This document shows positions 1 to 8,939 of a stretch of DNA of 64,000 nucleotides, in pieces. The translations under genes were made by a program, and so were the position numbers. Source of the stretch: an uncultured archaeon (GTDB lineage Archaea; Aenigmatarchaeota; Aenigmatarchaeia; CG10238-14; SCSR01); assembly GCA_964366355.1 (NCBI GenBank), contig CAYITO010000001.1, positions 2,459-66,458 on the forward strand, in the 5' to 3' direction. Under the pieces are notes generated by a model. The model saw only the letters and a list, made by a program, of their open reading frames with translations, did not search any database and was not told where the DNA came from. Within the stretch, counting starts at the first letter, position 1; the number at the start of each line of letters is the position of its first letter.

Positions 1-1
1 G

Positions 2-742
2 ATTTTTTTAGGAAGCTTCGTTTATGCTTTAAACGCAAATCCAAGTGAACCATTGTATGGGCTTAAAAGATTTACAGAGTCAACAAGACTGTTAATTGCA
101 AGCAGTGAGCCAGAAAAAGTTAGTCTACATATGCAAATTGCTGAAGAGAGGTTGAAGGAAGCAAAGGTTGCAGCTGAGAGAAATGATACTGAAACCTTTA
201 AAGAAGTAGTTAATGAATATAAAAGGCAAGTAGAAAATGCTAACATACAATTGGATAAAGCTCAAAAAGAGCAAAAAGAGGTAACACACTTATTGGAAAA
301 AATTACTGAAGATACAGCTAAGCATATTTCTATACTGGAAAATATTGAAGAAAAACATCCAACGTTAAAGGATGAAATAAAGCCAGCTTACAATGTATCT
401 GTAGAATCATTTAAGAAAGCTAAAAGTGAATTAGAAGTGGTGATTAAAGAGAACTACAAGAAAATAAAAGATAACAGGAATGAATCTGTTTTAGATATTC
501 AAGATAGTAAACCAAATTTCACTATTCCCATAGAATCGTACAACAATACAGAGGATAAGTCAAGAAATAAAAATAAGACGAAATACGAATATAAAATGAA
601 ATACAATAAAACAAAGGATGAATTGGAAAAATCAAATAAAACAAGTGACAAAATAAAACCTCATTGGAAAGTTAAAGGTAAATTACAAAAGGCTGTTGAT
701 GAATTAGAGGAAATGAACAAAGATAATAGTACTATAGAATGA
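2..742 (+). CDS. DUF5667-like domain protein (5' partial)
   Basis: Frame is open from the window start (IFLGSFVYALNANPSEPLYGLKRFTE). The PxxPLYxLKRxxE and AEERLKE motifs are typical of DUF5667. Lys/Asn-rich tail; AT-rich. Confidence 0.6.
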   Translation: MFLGSFVYALNANPSEPLYGLKRFTESTRLLIASSEPEKVSLHMQIAEERLKEAKVAAERNDTETFKEVVNEYKRQVENANIQLDKAQKEQKEVTHLLEKITEDTAKHISILENIEEKHPTLKDEIKPAYNVSVESFKKAKSELEVVIKENYKKIKDNRNESVLDIQDSKPNFTIPIESYNNTEDKSRNKNKTKYEYKMKYNKTKDELEKSNKTSDKIKPHWKVKGKLQKAVDELEEMNKDNSTIE

Positions 743-848
743 TGCACTTTTTCATTTTTGTGTTTATTTCACATTAACATAACTTATCCTGGCGCGAGTG
801 TGTTTGGTAACTGTAATAAATAATACAAAAAGTAAACAATCATTTAAA

Positions 849-2081
849 ATGAAAATAAGCAAATCACAATCAGCAATGGAATATCTGATGACCTATGGTT
901 GGGCTGTTCTTGTTGTTTTAGTGGTTATAACACTTCTCTTTTCTTACTCTTATATTCCACGCTCTGATAAATTTTCGGTAAATCGATGTGTATTTCAATC
1001 AGGAATTGTGTGCATAGATTATAAAGTAGAAAATGATCCATCTGACAACGGCGTTATAAAACTAGCTATATACAATTCACATGGTCATGACATGACAGAT
1101 ATAGTTGTTACCACAACAGATTGTGGTGTAGCCAATCAAACGGATATCCCAAGCGGAGAAAATGCGATAGTAACAGTTAATTGTAGCCAACCATTGTCAG
1201 GCTCAAAATATAGTGGAGAAGTAAATATTACTTATATAAATCCCGTTTCAGGATTAACACATACAATACAAGGCTCGATATCAACAACTATAGATGAGAC
1301 TACTTCTGTAGACACAATTCCCCCTGTAAGATCAAATTGACAGCCAACAGAAGTTCTCTCACCAGGAACAACTCAAGCAGCAATTTCTGTAGCAACGAAT
1401 GAAAATTCCAATTGCCGTTATTCGACAACTCTAGGGACATCTTATTCTTCTATGAATGAATTTTCAATAACAGGAACAACTTCACATTCTACAACAATAT
1501 ATGGTTTAGCAAATGGAACTATTTACAATTATTATATAAAATGTCAAGATACAGTTGGGAATTTTAACAACGATGACTTTACTATAACATTTAGAATTGC
1601 TACAGCTATTATAAATATTTCTAATATTGACGATGCTTATATACGTAACGATGTTCCTGATACCAATCACGGTGGCTCAAGTCGTTTTCTTATAGATGGA
1701 GCACCAGTCATATACAGAACATTGATAAAACCATTAGATTTGGGAGGCATTCCACCAAACACGACGATACTAAAAGCCGAGCTAGTGCTAACGGCTTATG
1801 ATTTAGGGAGTCCAGCTAATGCCTCTAAGGTATTGAGCACATGGAATGAAAATACAGTAACTTGGAATACTCTTCCAGCAATCGAGTCAATGCCATTTAC
1901 CACATTCCGTACCAACTCAACTACAGTTATTGTAGACATAACCTCACTAATGCAAGAGTGGATAAATAGTGAGCCAATTTATGGAGTATTACTTTGGTCA
2001 TTTAGAACTGATGGGAGTGATTATAGAAGCACTGAATATAGTATCGTTGCTCAACGCCCAAAGATAATTGTCATGATTTAA
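849..2081 (+). pseudogene. Class III signal peptide (pilin-like) surface protein with Ig-like and DNRLRE-type domains, interrupted by an in-frame TGA at 1338-1340
   Basis: KSQ/SAMEYLMTYGWAVLVV is a class III signal. ORFs 798-1340 and 1452-2081 are in the same frame, and the intervening codons read continuously (DTIPPVRSN*QPTEVLSPGTTQAAISVATNENSNCRYSTT). The C-terminal DDAYI...WNENTVTWN...RPKIIV resembles DNRLRE. Confidence 0.7.
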
Positions 2082-2179
2082 CATTTCGTAAAATCTAAAT
2101 TATAATTAAGAAAGCCTAAGATATAAAGTTTAGAAGGTTGATTTATGATGAAATCAAAAAACTGATAACAATTTTAATC

Positions 2180-2192
2180 AAAGCTTTAAAAA
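2180..2192 (+). promoter_or_regulatory. BRE/TATA promoter of rps19
   Basis: AAAGCTTTAAAAA about 28 nt before the ATG. The same motif recurs at 3003-3016 and 3384-3397. Confidence 0.55.
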
Positions 2193-2213
2193 CAGAAAAT
2201 AAGAAGTAATAGT

Positions 2214-2621
2214 ATGGTAAAGGAGTTTAGGTATAGGGGAACAAGTTTAGAAGACTTGAAGAAGATGTCTATTGATGAGATTGCTAAATTATTGCCATCT
2301 AGGGCCAGAAGAAGTTTGAAGAAAGGACTGACTGACCAGCAAAAGAAATTCTTGGAAAATTTAAGGAAAACCCCTGAGAAGTTCCACAAGACGCATGTAA
2401 GGGACATGATAATTTTGCCTGAAATGGTTGGCGCCAAAGTCGGCATTTACAAGGGAGGAGCGAAGGCAGGCGACAGCAGCAAATGGGTTAATGTAGTCAT
2501 TGCTCCGCAGATGATAGGGCACAGGATAGGGGAATACAGCATACCTATAGGAAGAGTGAAACATTCTGCACCAGGGATCGGAGCTTCAAAAGGCAGCAAG
2601 CATATCGCAACTAAAACATAA
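2214..2621 (+). CDS. rps19: 30S ribosomal protein S19 (uS19)
   Basis: FRYRG, RARRSL, KTHVRDMIILPEMVG and MIGHRIGEY motifs. Confidence 0.97.
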   Translation: MVKEFRYRGTSLEDLKKMSIDEIAKLLPSRARRSLKKGLTDQQKKFLENLRKTPEKFHKTHVRDMIILPEMVGAKVGIYKGGAKAGDSSKWVNVVIAPQMIGHRIGEYSIPIGRVKHSAPGIGASKGSKHIATKT

Positions 2622-2632
2622 ATGGAGATTCT

Positions 2633-2989
2633 ATGCAAGTCACATCCAAATTAAAAGATGCAGGAATATCATTCAAAAGCTCGCTAATTATGTCGAGAGA
2701 GTTGAAGGGATTGAAAGTTGAAAGGGCAAAGCGGCTTCTTGACGATTTGATCAACCAAAAGGCAAGTGTTGACGGAAAATACTATACCAAGGTTGCCAAA
2801 AATTTCCTGAACGTACTGAAGTCAGCAGAAGCCAATGCCAGACAGAAGAATTTGGACACGGAAAAACTGTTTGTCAAGGTTGCGAAGACGGACAAGGCTG
2901 CAAAGGCCGTCAGACCTAAATCAAGGTTTAAGTTCAGAGGAAGGGAAGCTAAGGTTGCGAATATTGAAATCGTGCTTGAAGAAAGATAG
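2633..2989 (+). CDS. rpl22: 50S ribosomal protein L22 (uL22), short form
   Basis: ISFKSS..SRELKG, LKSAEANARQKNLD and NIEIVLEE motifs; lies between S19 and S3. Confidence 0.92.
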   Translation: MQVTSKLKDAGISFKSSLIMSRELKGLKVERAKRLLDDLINQKASVDGKYYTKVAKNFLNVLKSAEANARQKNLDTEKLFVKVAKTDKAAKAVRPKSRFKFRGREAKVANIEIVLEER

Positions 2990-3002
2990 TCTAGTTCGTT
3001 TA

Positions 3003-3016
3003 CAAAACCTTAAAAA
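3003..3016 (+). promoter_or_regulatory. BRE/TATA promoter of orphan 3040-3360
   Basis: CAAAACCTTAAAAA about 30 nt before the ATG. Confidence 0.45.
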
Positions 3017-3039
3017 TGTAACTCTTAAAATGAAATAAT

Positions 3040-3360
3040 ATGCAGCCAATGAGAAAATCGGGACTTATAAATGAATTGTATAATTTAGAAAGAAGCGCGC
3101 AGATAGTTGACGGTAATAGTTATTGGGCAGCCATAAATCGTTCCGATAGATATTGGACACCTATGTTACTTAGATGGAATATTTTAACTCATGCCGGCAC
3201 TGCTGATGATCTTAGGGAAGGAGGAATAGAAACAGGATATCATAGAAGGCGTACAGTTTATAAAGTAAATCATCATATACTCAAAAAATTGAAAGATGGT
3301 AGCGAATCATTTGGTAAGAATGTTGACGAGGAAGATGTGAATAGAGTTTTATTTTCTTAA
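3040..3360 (+). CDS. Hypothetical protein (AT-rich orphan inserted in the ribosomal operon)
   Basis: 106-aa ORF fills the rpl22-rps3 gap and has its own TATA box; no recognisable motif. Confidence 0.6.
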   Translation: MQPMRKSGLINELYNLERSAQIVDGNSYWAAINRSDRYWTPMLLRWNILTHAGTADDLREGGIETGYHRRRTVYKVNHHILKKLKDGSESFGKNVDEEDVNRVLFS

Positions 3361-3383
3361 TTATTGTTTACTTTTCCTTTGAC

Positions 3384-3397
3384 CAAAGCCTTAAAAA
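3384..3397 (+). promoter_or_regulatory. BRE/TATA promoter of rps3
   Basis: CAAAGCCTTAAAAA about 31 nt before the ATG. Confidence 0.5.
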
Positions 3398-3421
3398 CGG
3401 ATTCTACCAATAATTGAATCT

Positions 3422-4027
3422 ATGGCAATCGAGAAACTCTTCGTGAAAGAGGGGATAAAGGAATCCGAGGTAGAGGAATTTCTGAGAACCAAGTTCGAAA
3501 AGGCAGGCTACAGCCATTCTCTTATCGAGAGAACGCCGCTGGGAACCAGGATAATAATTTTTGCCCACAAGCCTGGACTGGTCATAGGCAGGAGCGGCAG
3601 AAGGATCAACGAAATTGCCGAGGAGATAAAGGAAAAATTCGGGTTTGAAAATCCTCTGGTTGATGTAAAGGAAGTGGACAACCCATTCCTGGACGCAAAC
3701 ATTATCGCAAACCGAATAGCAAGGGCAATCGAAAAGAATATCAACTTCAAGAAAGTTGCAAACTATTATCTTGAAAAAGTTACAGAAGCTGGCGCAATAG
3801 GCATCTCAATCCATGTAGGCGGCAAGCTTGCAGGCAGCGAGAGAAGCAGGTTCCAGAAGTTCAAGAGGGGATTCATCGCTTTCTCAGGGGAATATGCAGA
3901 GAGGCTTGTTGACAAAGGAAATGCAAAGGCCAATATCAAACCTGGAATAGTTGGGATAAAGGTTTTCATAATGCAGGAAATGCCGAAGGAAGTAATCTAC
4001 AAAGAAGGCTCCGATGAGGAGCGATAG
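3422..4027 (+). CDS. rps3: 30S ribosomal protein S3 (uS3)
   Basis: AGYS, RTPLGTRI, KH motif PGLVIGRSG, GKL and GIVGIKV motifs. Confidence 0.97.
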   Translation: MAIEKLFVKEGIKESEVEEFLRTKFEKAGYSHSLIERTPLGTRIIIFAHKPGLVIGRSGRRINEIAEEIKEKFGFENPLVDVKEVDNPFLDANIIANRIARAIEKNINFKKVANYYLEKVTEAGAIGISIHVGGKLAGSERSRFQKFKRGFIAFSGEYAERLVDKGNAKANIKPGIVGIKVFIMQEMPKEVIYKEGSDEER

Positions 4028-4065
4028 ACTTTTATATATTGAATTATCATAAAGGTTTAGAGCAA

Positions 4066-4281
4066 ATGGCGATTCTTAAAACAAAGCAGATTAGAGAAAC
4101 GAAGCAAGACGGCTTGAGCAAAAGGCTGTCTGAGCTGAGATTGGAACTTCTTAAAGAACAAGGCAACGTAAAGATGGGAAGGCCGATTAAAAATCCCGGA
4201 AAAATCAGGGTTTTGAAGAAGACGATTGCTAGAATAGCTACGATACAGAATGAAAGAAGATTGAAAGAGGTAAAGAAGTAA
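4066..4281 (+). CDS. rpl29: 50S ribosomal protein L29 (uL29)
   Basis: MAILK..QIRE, ELRLEL and NPGKIR..KKTIARI motifs. Confidence 0.93.
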   Translation: MAILKTKQIRETKQDGLSKRLSELRLELLKEQGNVKMGRPIKNPGKIRVLKKTIARIATIQNERRLKEVKK

Positions 4282-4283
4282 CA

Positions 4284-4619
4284 ATGGCCGAAGTCTGTCC
4301 CAAATGTAGAAGTCCAATGATGGCAAGCGTTTGTTCAAGATGCGGCCTGCCATCTGATATATGCGCTTGCGTTGCAATAGACCAAGCTGGACACAAGATA
4401 AGAGTTTTCATAGAGACCAGAAAGTTCAGAAAACCCATCACAATTATAGAAGGTATAACCGATAATGCAAAGGACATCTCAAAGCAATTGAAGTCAAAGC
4501 TTGCATGCGGCGGGACTTACAAGGACAATCACATAGAATTGCAGGGTAACCATACGCACAGGATAAAGGACATGCTGGTTAAATTGGGTTATTCGGCAGA
4601 CCAGATTGAAGTAAGTTGA
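4284..4619 (+). CDS. sui1: Translation initiation factor SUI1/aIF1
   Basis: [17 protein letters not shown] and IELQGNH motifs; canonical position after L29. Confidence 0.95.
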   Translation: MAEVCPKCRSPMMASVCSRCGLPSDICACVAIDQAGHKIRVFIETRKFRKPITIIEGITDNAKDISKQLKSKLACGGTYKDNHIELQGNHTHRIKDMLVKLGYSADQIEVS

Positions 4620-4623
4620 TGGC

Positions 4624-5043
4624 ATGAAATCAAAAACGCCAAAGACAGAAGGCGAATGGAAGACATGTCTTACTCCCGCGCAATATCACATATTAAGGCA
4701 AAAGGGAACTGAAGCACCCTTTACTGGCAAATACTACAAAAATAAGAAAAAGGGAATGTATATCTGCGCAGGTTGCGGAGCCAAGTTATTTTCTTCAGAT
4801 GCAAAGTATGAGTCCGGCACTGGATGGCCGAGCTTTTGGGCTCCGGCTTCCAAAGACAATGTAGAGACTAAATCGGATAACAGCATGTTGATGCATAGAA
4901 CTGAGGTGTTGTGCAGGAAGTGCGGCGGGCATTTAGGACATGTTTTTGACGACGGTCCAAAACCTACTGGTTTACGTTACTGCATCAATTCTGCGGCATT
5001 AAATTTCAAGGAAATGAAGCAGGCTAAAAGGTCAAAGGATTGA
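4624..5043 (+). CDS. msrB: Peptide-methionine (R)-S-oxide reductase
   Basis: [29 protein letters not shown] and RYCINS motifs. Confidence 0.97.
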   Translation: MKSKTPKTEGEWKTCLTPAQYHILRQKGTEAPFTGKYYKNKKKGMYICAGCGAKLFSSDAKYESGTGWPSFWAPASKDNVETKSDNSMLMHRTEVLCRKCGGHLGHVFDDGPKPTGLRYCINSAALNFKEMKQAKRSKD

Positions 5044-5125
5044 ATTGTGAATGAGCGTAGGGGTTAGAAGACTTGGCTGGATTTTGAGCAAATACTTTAT
5101 AAAAGTAATACTTTACTTATAGATA

Positions 5126-5533
5126 ATGGTAAATTACATATCAGTCTTATTGGGTTACTTTAATCCACAAAGAAGAAGTGACGACCTATTTAAAAGAGTT
5201 CTTAAAGAGAGTGATAGAGATCCTGAGAATGCACGATGCATGCAAAATGTAGACCGCATGGTATATATGCTTAGAGAAAATGGGATTGATGGAGGACAAT
5301 TTGGTATCTTATGTATAGCTGCTGCAGATGATTCCCCATCTATAATACAAACTAACAGAGGACTACGGGTTTATGATTATCACTTAGCACTGGTGGTAAA
5401 AAATGGAGATAAAATTACTGTCTTAGACCCTTACTCAAATAGAGGTATTCATGGCTCATTAGAAGATTATTCGAGTGATACAAGAGTATCTAGAGATAAT
5501 ATGGAAATTAGATGGCTTCAAGATCCAAGATAA
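5126..5533 (+). CDS. Hypothetical protein; possible protein-glutaminase/papain-like Cys-His-Asp fold
   Basis: RCMQNVDRM..MLRENG ... YDYHLALVV ... VLDP spacing; AT-rich orphan. Confidence 0.5.
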   Translation: MVNYISVLLGYFNPQRRSDDLFKRVLKESDRDPENARCMQNVDRMVYMLRENGIDGGQFGILCIAAADDSPSIIQTNRGLRVYDYHLALVVKNGDKITVLDPYSNRGIHGSLEDYSSDTRVSRDNMEIRWLQDPR

Positions 5534-5547
5534 TAGATTGTGAAACT

Positions 5548-5832
5548 ATGCCAATCACGCCATATAATCTTGTAAGACACGAATTAATTTCCTTACCTGT
5601 GAAAATTATAAAATCGTCAGACCCAACTCTAAAAAAACTATCAGGAAAAGTCACCGACGAAACCTACAATACCCTCAAGATTGAAACAAAAGACGGTAGG
5701 GAAAAAACCGTAATAAAAGAAAATTGCATCTTCATCTTCACCCTCCCCGACAAAACCAAAGTGCAGGTGGACGGCAAACTGCTTGTATCAAGACCGGAAG
5801 ACAGGATAAAGAAAAAATTCCCGAGATGGTGA
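5548..5832 (+). CDS. rnp1: Ribonuclease P protein subunit Rpp29
   Basis: ITPYNLVRHELI, GKVTDET, VDGKLLVSRPEDRIKK. Confidence 0.95.
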   Translation: MPITPYNLVRHELISLPVKIIKSSDPTLKKLSGKVTDETYNTLKIETKDGREKTVIKENCIFIFTLPDKTKVQVDGKLLVSRPEDRIKKKFPRW

Positions 5833-5880
5833 ATTAAAAAGCAATAAAAACATGTCTTTTCTAATTAATACAGTATCTTT

Positions 5881-6207
5881 ATGGAAGCACGAAACATCGG
5901 GATAGATGTCAAGAAACCAGAAAAGACATGCGAAGATGTCAGCTGCCCGTTCCACGGAACGCTCAGCGTTAGAGGAAACATCATTCAGGGAAAAGTTGTT
6001 TCGACACGGGCGCAGAAGACTGCAGTTATAGAAAAAAACTACCAGCACTTCTTGACAAAGTACGAGCGATATGAAAGACGGCACACAAGAATCGTGGCAT
6101 ACAATCCCGAATGCATAGGAGCAAAAGAGGGGAATGTCGTTAACATAGCCGAGTGCAGGCCTCTGAGCAAGACCAAGGCATTTGTTGTTATAGAGAAGGT
6201 GGGATGA
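5881..6207 (+). CDS. rps17: 30S ribosomal protein S17 (uS17)
   Basis: CPFHGTLSVRG, KYERYERR, ECRPLSKTK. Confidence 0.97.
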   Translation: MEARNIGIDVKKPEKTCEDVSCPFHGTLSVRGNIIQGKVVSTRAQKTAVIEKNYQHFLTKYERYERRHTRIVAYNPECIGAKEGNVVNIAECRPLSKTKAFVVIEKVG

Positions 6208-6605
6208 TGAAACCAATCAAGGCAAGAATTGCCAGGGGTTTGAGGGTAGGAAGCAATCTGGTATGCGCAGATAATACTGGCGCCAAAATAATCCAGATAA
6301 TCTCGGTTGCAGGCTACAAGGGAGTGAAAAAAAGGCAACCTACCTGCGGTGTAGCTGATGTGATAAAGGCTACTGTGAAACAGGGCGACATTAAAATCAG
6401 AAAGCAAGTTGTGGGCGCTGTAATAATCAGGCAGAAGACAGAATATCGCAGGAAGGAAGGATTGAGAGTTACTTTTGAGGACAATGCGGCGATTTTAGTT
6501 GATGACAACCAGGAACCTCGAGGGACGGAAGTGAAAGGACCTGTTGCCAAAGAAGTTATTGAAAGATTCTCATCGATCAGCAAGGTCACGAGCATGGTGG
6601 TTTAA
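6204..6605 (+). CDS. rpl14: 50S ribosomal protein L14 (uL14)
   Basis: CADNTGAK, FEDNAA, GTEVKGPVAKE; start overlaps the rps17 stop. Confidence 0.97.
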   Translation: MMKPIKARIARGLRVGSNLVCADNTGAKIIQIISVAGYKGVKKRQPTCGVADVIKATVKQGDIKIRKQVVGAVIIRQKTEYRRKEGLRVTFEDNAAILVDDNQEPRGTEVKGPVAKEVIERFSSISKVTSMVV

Positions 6606-7106
6606 ATTAGCGTCAAATCAAAAAAGCCAAGCAAGAAAAGGAAATTTTTGCATACAGCACCATTGCATTCCCGAAGAAAGCTGTTGTCAGCCCACCTATC
6701 CAAAGAATTAAGGCAGCAGTTCAAGCGAAGAGCGCTGCCATTGAGGAAGGGAGATGAAGTTGAAATAATGAAAGGCAGCTTTGCTGGCAAATCCGGAAAA
6801 GTTGCAAAAGTCGATCTGGAAAACTATAGAATTTATGTTGAAGGCATAACAAGGAAACGAACCGTCGGAACGGATGTGCAGGTTCCAATAAGCCCAAGCA
6901 ACCTCAAAATAACAAATTTAAGCCTAGATGACGAATTTAGGAGAAAAATATTGCAGAGGAAGGGCGGAATAAAATTAGAAAAACCAACGAAGAAGGAGGA
7001 AGTTAAGGAAGATGTCAAATCTCAAAAGGCTGCTGATACCACGATTTTGGCGAGTGCAGAAAAAGACAAAGACGTGGGCAGTAAGTCCGAGACCGGGTCC
7101 CCATAA
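6606..7106 (+). CDS. rpl24: 50S ribosomal protein L24 (uL24); start uncertain, probably ATT
   Basis: SKKPSKKRK..HTAPLH, LSKELR, LRKGDEV, PISPSNLKI. The conserved N-terminus extends upstream of TTG 6648 to ATT 6606, which follows GGTGG. Confidence 0.93.
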   Translation: MSVKSKKPSKKRKFLHTAPLHSRRKLLSAHLSKELRQQFKRRALPLRKGDEVEIMKGSFAGKSGKVAKVDLENYRIYVEGITRKRTVGTDVQVPISPSNLKITNLSLDDEFRRKILQRKGGIKLEKPTKKEEVKEDVKSQKAADTTILASAEKDKDVGSKSETGSP

Positions 7107-7710
7107 AAAATTCGAATCCATACCACTGCAGGTATTGGTCAGGGACATTCTCAGCATAGCAGAGACAGGAAAGGAAGCCCAGGCGATAATCAGCAAGGGC
7201 GAAGTGATCGTCGACGGCAAGGCCAGAAAAGATAATGCTTATCCTGTTGGTTTGTTTGACACAATCAACCTACCAGTTTCTAATCAATTCTACCGCGTCG
7301 TCCCATCCCATGATGGCATGAATGTAATTTCTATCGAAAAGGACGAGGCGAATGTGAAAATCTGCAGGATCGAGGGCAAGACCCTGATTGAAAAGGGAAA
7401 ATTGCAATTGAACCTGAACGACGGCAAGAACATTCTTGTTGATGATGGAAAATATAAAACAGGCGATTCTATATTGATAGAGGTGCCGTCATTGAAAATC
7501 AGGGAGCATGTGAAACTAGCCAAGGGGAGCATGGGAATTATTCTCAAAGGCAAAAACTCGGGAAAATCCGGGGAAGTCAAGGAAATCCTGCCAGGGAAAT
7601 TCAGGCAACATCCAAGCATCATCTGCAGGATAGAAGGTGAGGATGCGGAAGTTTTGAGAGACAATTTTATTATAGTCGGAAAAGAAAAACCATTGGTAAC
7701 GGTGGGCTAG
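7012..7710 (+). CDS. rps4e: 30S ribosomal protein S4e
   Basis: LKRL..P..W, PRPGPH, VDGKARKD..YPVGLFD, QLNLNDGKN. Confidence 0.96.
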   Translation: MSNLKRLLIPRFWRVQKKTKTWAVSPRPGPHKKFESIPLQVLVRDILSIAETGKEAQAIISKGEVIVDGKARKDNAYPVGLFDTINLPVSNQFYRVVPSHDGMNVISIEKDEANVKICRIEGKTLIEKGKLQLNLNDGKNILVDDGKYKTGDSILIEVPSLKIREHVKLAKGSMGIILKGKNSGKSGEVKEILPGKFRQHPSIICRIEGEDAEVLRDNFIIVGKEKPLVTVG

Positions 7711-8217
7711 ATGCAGGAAAATCCTATGCATGCAATCAAGATAGAGAAATTAACCCTCAATGTCGGTTGCGGAAATGATCATGAAAAGATAGAGAGGGCA
7801 AAAAAGTTGCTGGAGATGCTATCCAGCCAGAAGTCAATAATAACTGTGTCTAAAACAAGATCAACTTTCGGAATTCCGAAAGGAAAGCCCCTTGGGGTCA
7901 AAGTGACATTGAGAAAAGCAAAGGCAGAGGAATTTTTCAAAAAAGTCCTGCAGAGCTTGGACAACAAGCTGGAATCCGCGCATCTTGACAAATATGGCAA
8001 CATAAACATAGGCATAAAGGAATACATAGACCTGCCGCAGGTGAAGTACAGCCATGATATCGGGATGCTGGGATTGAACTGCTCTATAACACTCCAAAGA
8101 CCCGGATACAGCATCAAGCGTAGGCGCATACAAACAAGGAATATATCCTCGAAAAGCAAAATCTATAAAGAAGAAGTGGTCAGTTGGTTGAAGGGAAAAG
8201 GCGTTCAAATTGAATGA
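7711..8217 (+). CDS. rpl5: 50S ribosomal protein L5 (uL5)
   Basis: NPM..IKIEKLTLNVG, GVKVTLR, GIKEYIDLP, RPGYSIKRRR. Confidence 0.96.
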   Translation: MQENPMHAIKIEKLTLNVGCGNDHEKIERAKKLLEMLSSQKSIITVSKTRSTFGIPKGKPLGVKVTLRKAKAEEFFKKVLQSLDNKLESAHLDKYGNINIGIKEYIDLPQVKYSHDIGMLGLNCSITLQRPGYSIKRRRIQTRNISSKSKIYKEEVVSWLKGKGVQIE

Positions 8218-8392
8218 AAACGAGGTTAGCATGATGGAATTAACAGCGAAGCTGGGCGGAGTGATTTTGAAGAAAGCCGAGCTTGAGAATGATTTCGAGG
8301 CCGTCTATTCCAAAGTTTTCGAGAGAATGTTCCAGTTGCAATCAACAGGCAATGACGAGTTCCTTTTCATCCTTGGTGATATTGGCGGATAG
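8210..8392 (+). CDS. Small acidic hypothetical protein
   Basis: 60-aa ORF overlapping the rpl5 stop and filling the gap to rps14. Confidence 0.4.
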   Translation: MNENEVSMMELTAKLGGVILKKAELENDFEAVYSKVFERMFQLQSTGNDEFLFILGDIGG

Positions 8393-8408
8393 ATTTTCGG
8401 GTGTTTTT

Positions 8409-8555
8409 CTGGCTGTTAAAAAGTTTGGCAAGGCTACAAAAATGTGCAGGCGTTGTGACAATTCCCGAGGAGTCATCAAGAAATACGGACTTTCCTATTG
8501 CAGGAGATGCTTCAGGGAAATAGCCAATGACATAGGATTCCACAAGTATAGATAA
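8409..8555 (+). CDS. rps14: 30S ribosomal protein S14 (uS14, Zn-binding); probable CTG start
   Basis: KFGK...CRRC...GVIKKYGL.YCRRCFREIA..IGFHKY; GGGTG lies 5 nt before the CTG. Confidence 0.93.
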   Translation: MAVKKFGKATKMCRRCDNSRGVIKKYGLSYCRRCFREIANDIGFHKYR

Positions 8556-8586
8556 AGAATAAAAGTTTGACTATTAAGCTAATAAT

Positions 8587-8928
8587 ATGAGGCAAGAAAG
8601 AAAATTCGCTCTTATAGTAACAAGTTGTGATCCTCAAGAAAAGACTTTGTATTGGGGCCCACCACCTCTTGATGTAATTGGGCTTCTTCCAAGTTATCAG
8701 AATTTTCATGGCTATGTTACAACTGCTGAAACCGTAGACGAGACGACCTATAGATTCTTTGGTGTTCACCCGTATAATCCAGGTGCAACTCTAGAATTTG
8801 TCGAGGAAACATCGATAATGAGACGATTGTTTCCTTACACCAGTTTAGAAGCAGTAGATAGTAACGAACGTATACCCGTTAAAAAACCAAATCTTTATAG
8901 AGGACTAAAAGCTTTAGCTTATGTATAA
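8587..8928 (+). CDS. Hypothetical protein (orphan)
   Basis: 113-aa ORF; no recognisable motif. Confidence 0.55.
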   Translation: MRQERKFALIVTSCDPQEKTLYWGPPPLDVIGLLPSYQNFHGYVTTAETVDETTYRFFGVHPYNPGATLEFVEETSIMRRLFPYTSLEAVDSNERIPVKKPNLYRGLKALAYV

Positions 8929-8939
8929 ATAATTTAATT

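Noticed and set aside
1338..1340. Genome-wide TGA=Gly/Trp recoding
   Set aside because: Conserved genes (sui1, rps17, rpl5, atpC, atpD, rpl40e) end correctly at TGA, and none has an internal TGA.
4624..5043. Selenoprotein MsrB
   Set aside because: The catalytic residue is Cys (RYCINS); there is no in-frame TGA.
8283..8408. Long N-terminal extension on S14
   Set aside because: It overlaps ORF 8210-8392 and has no S14-like character.
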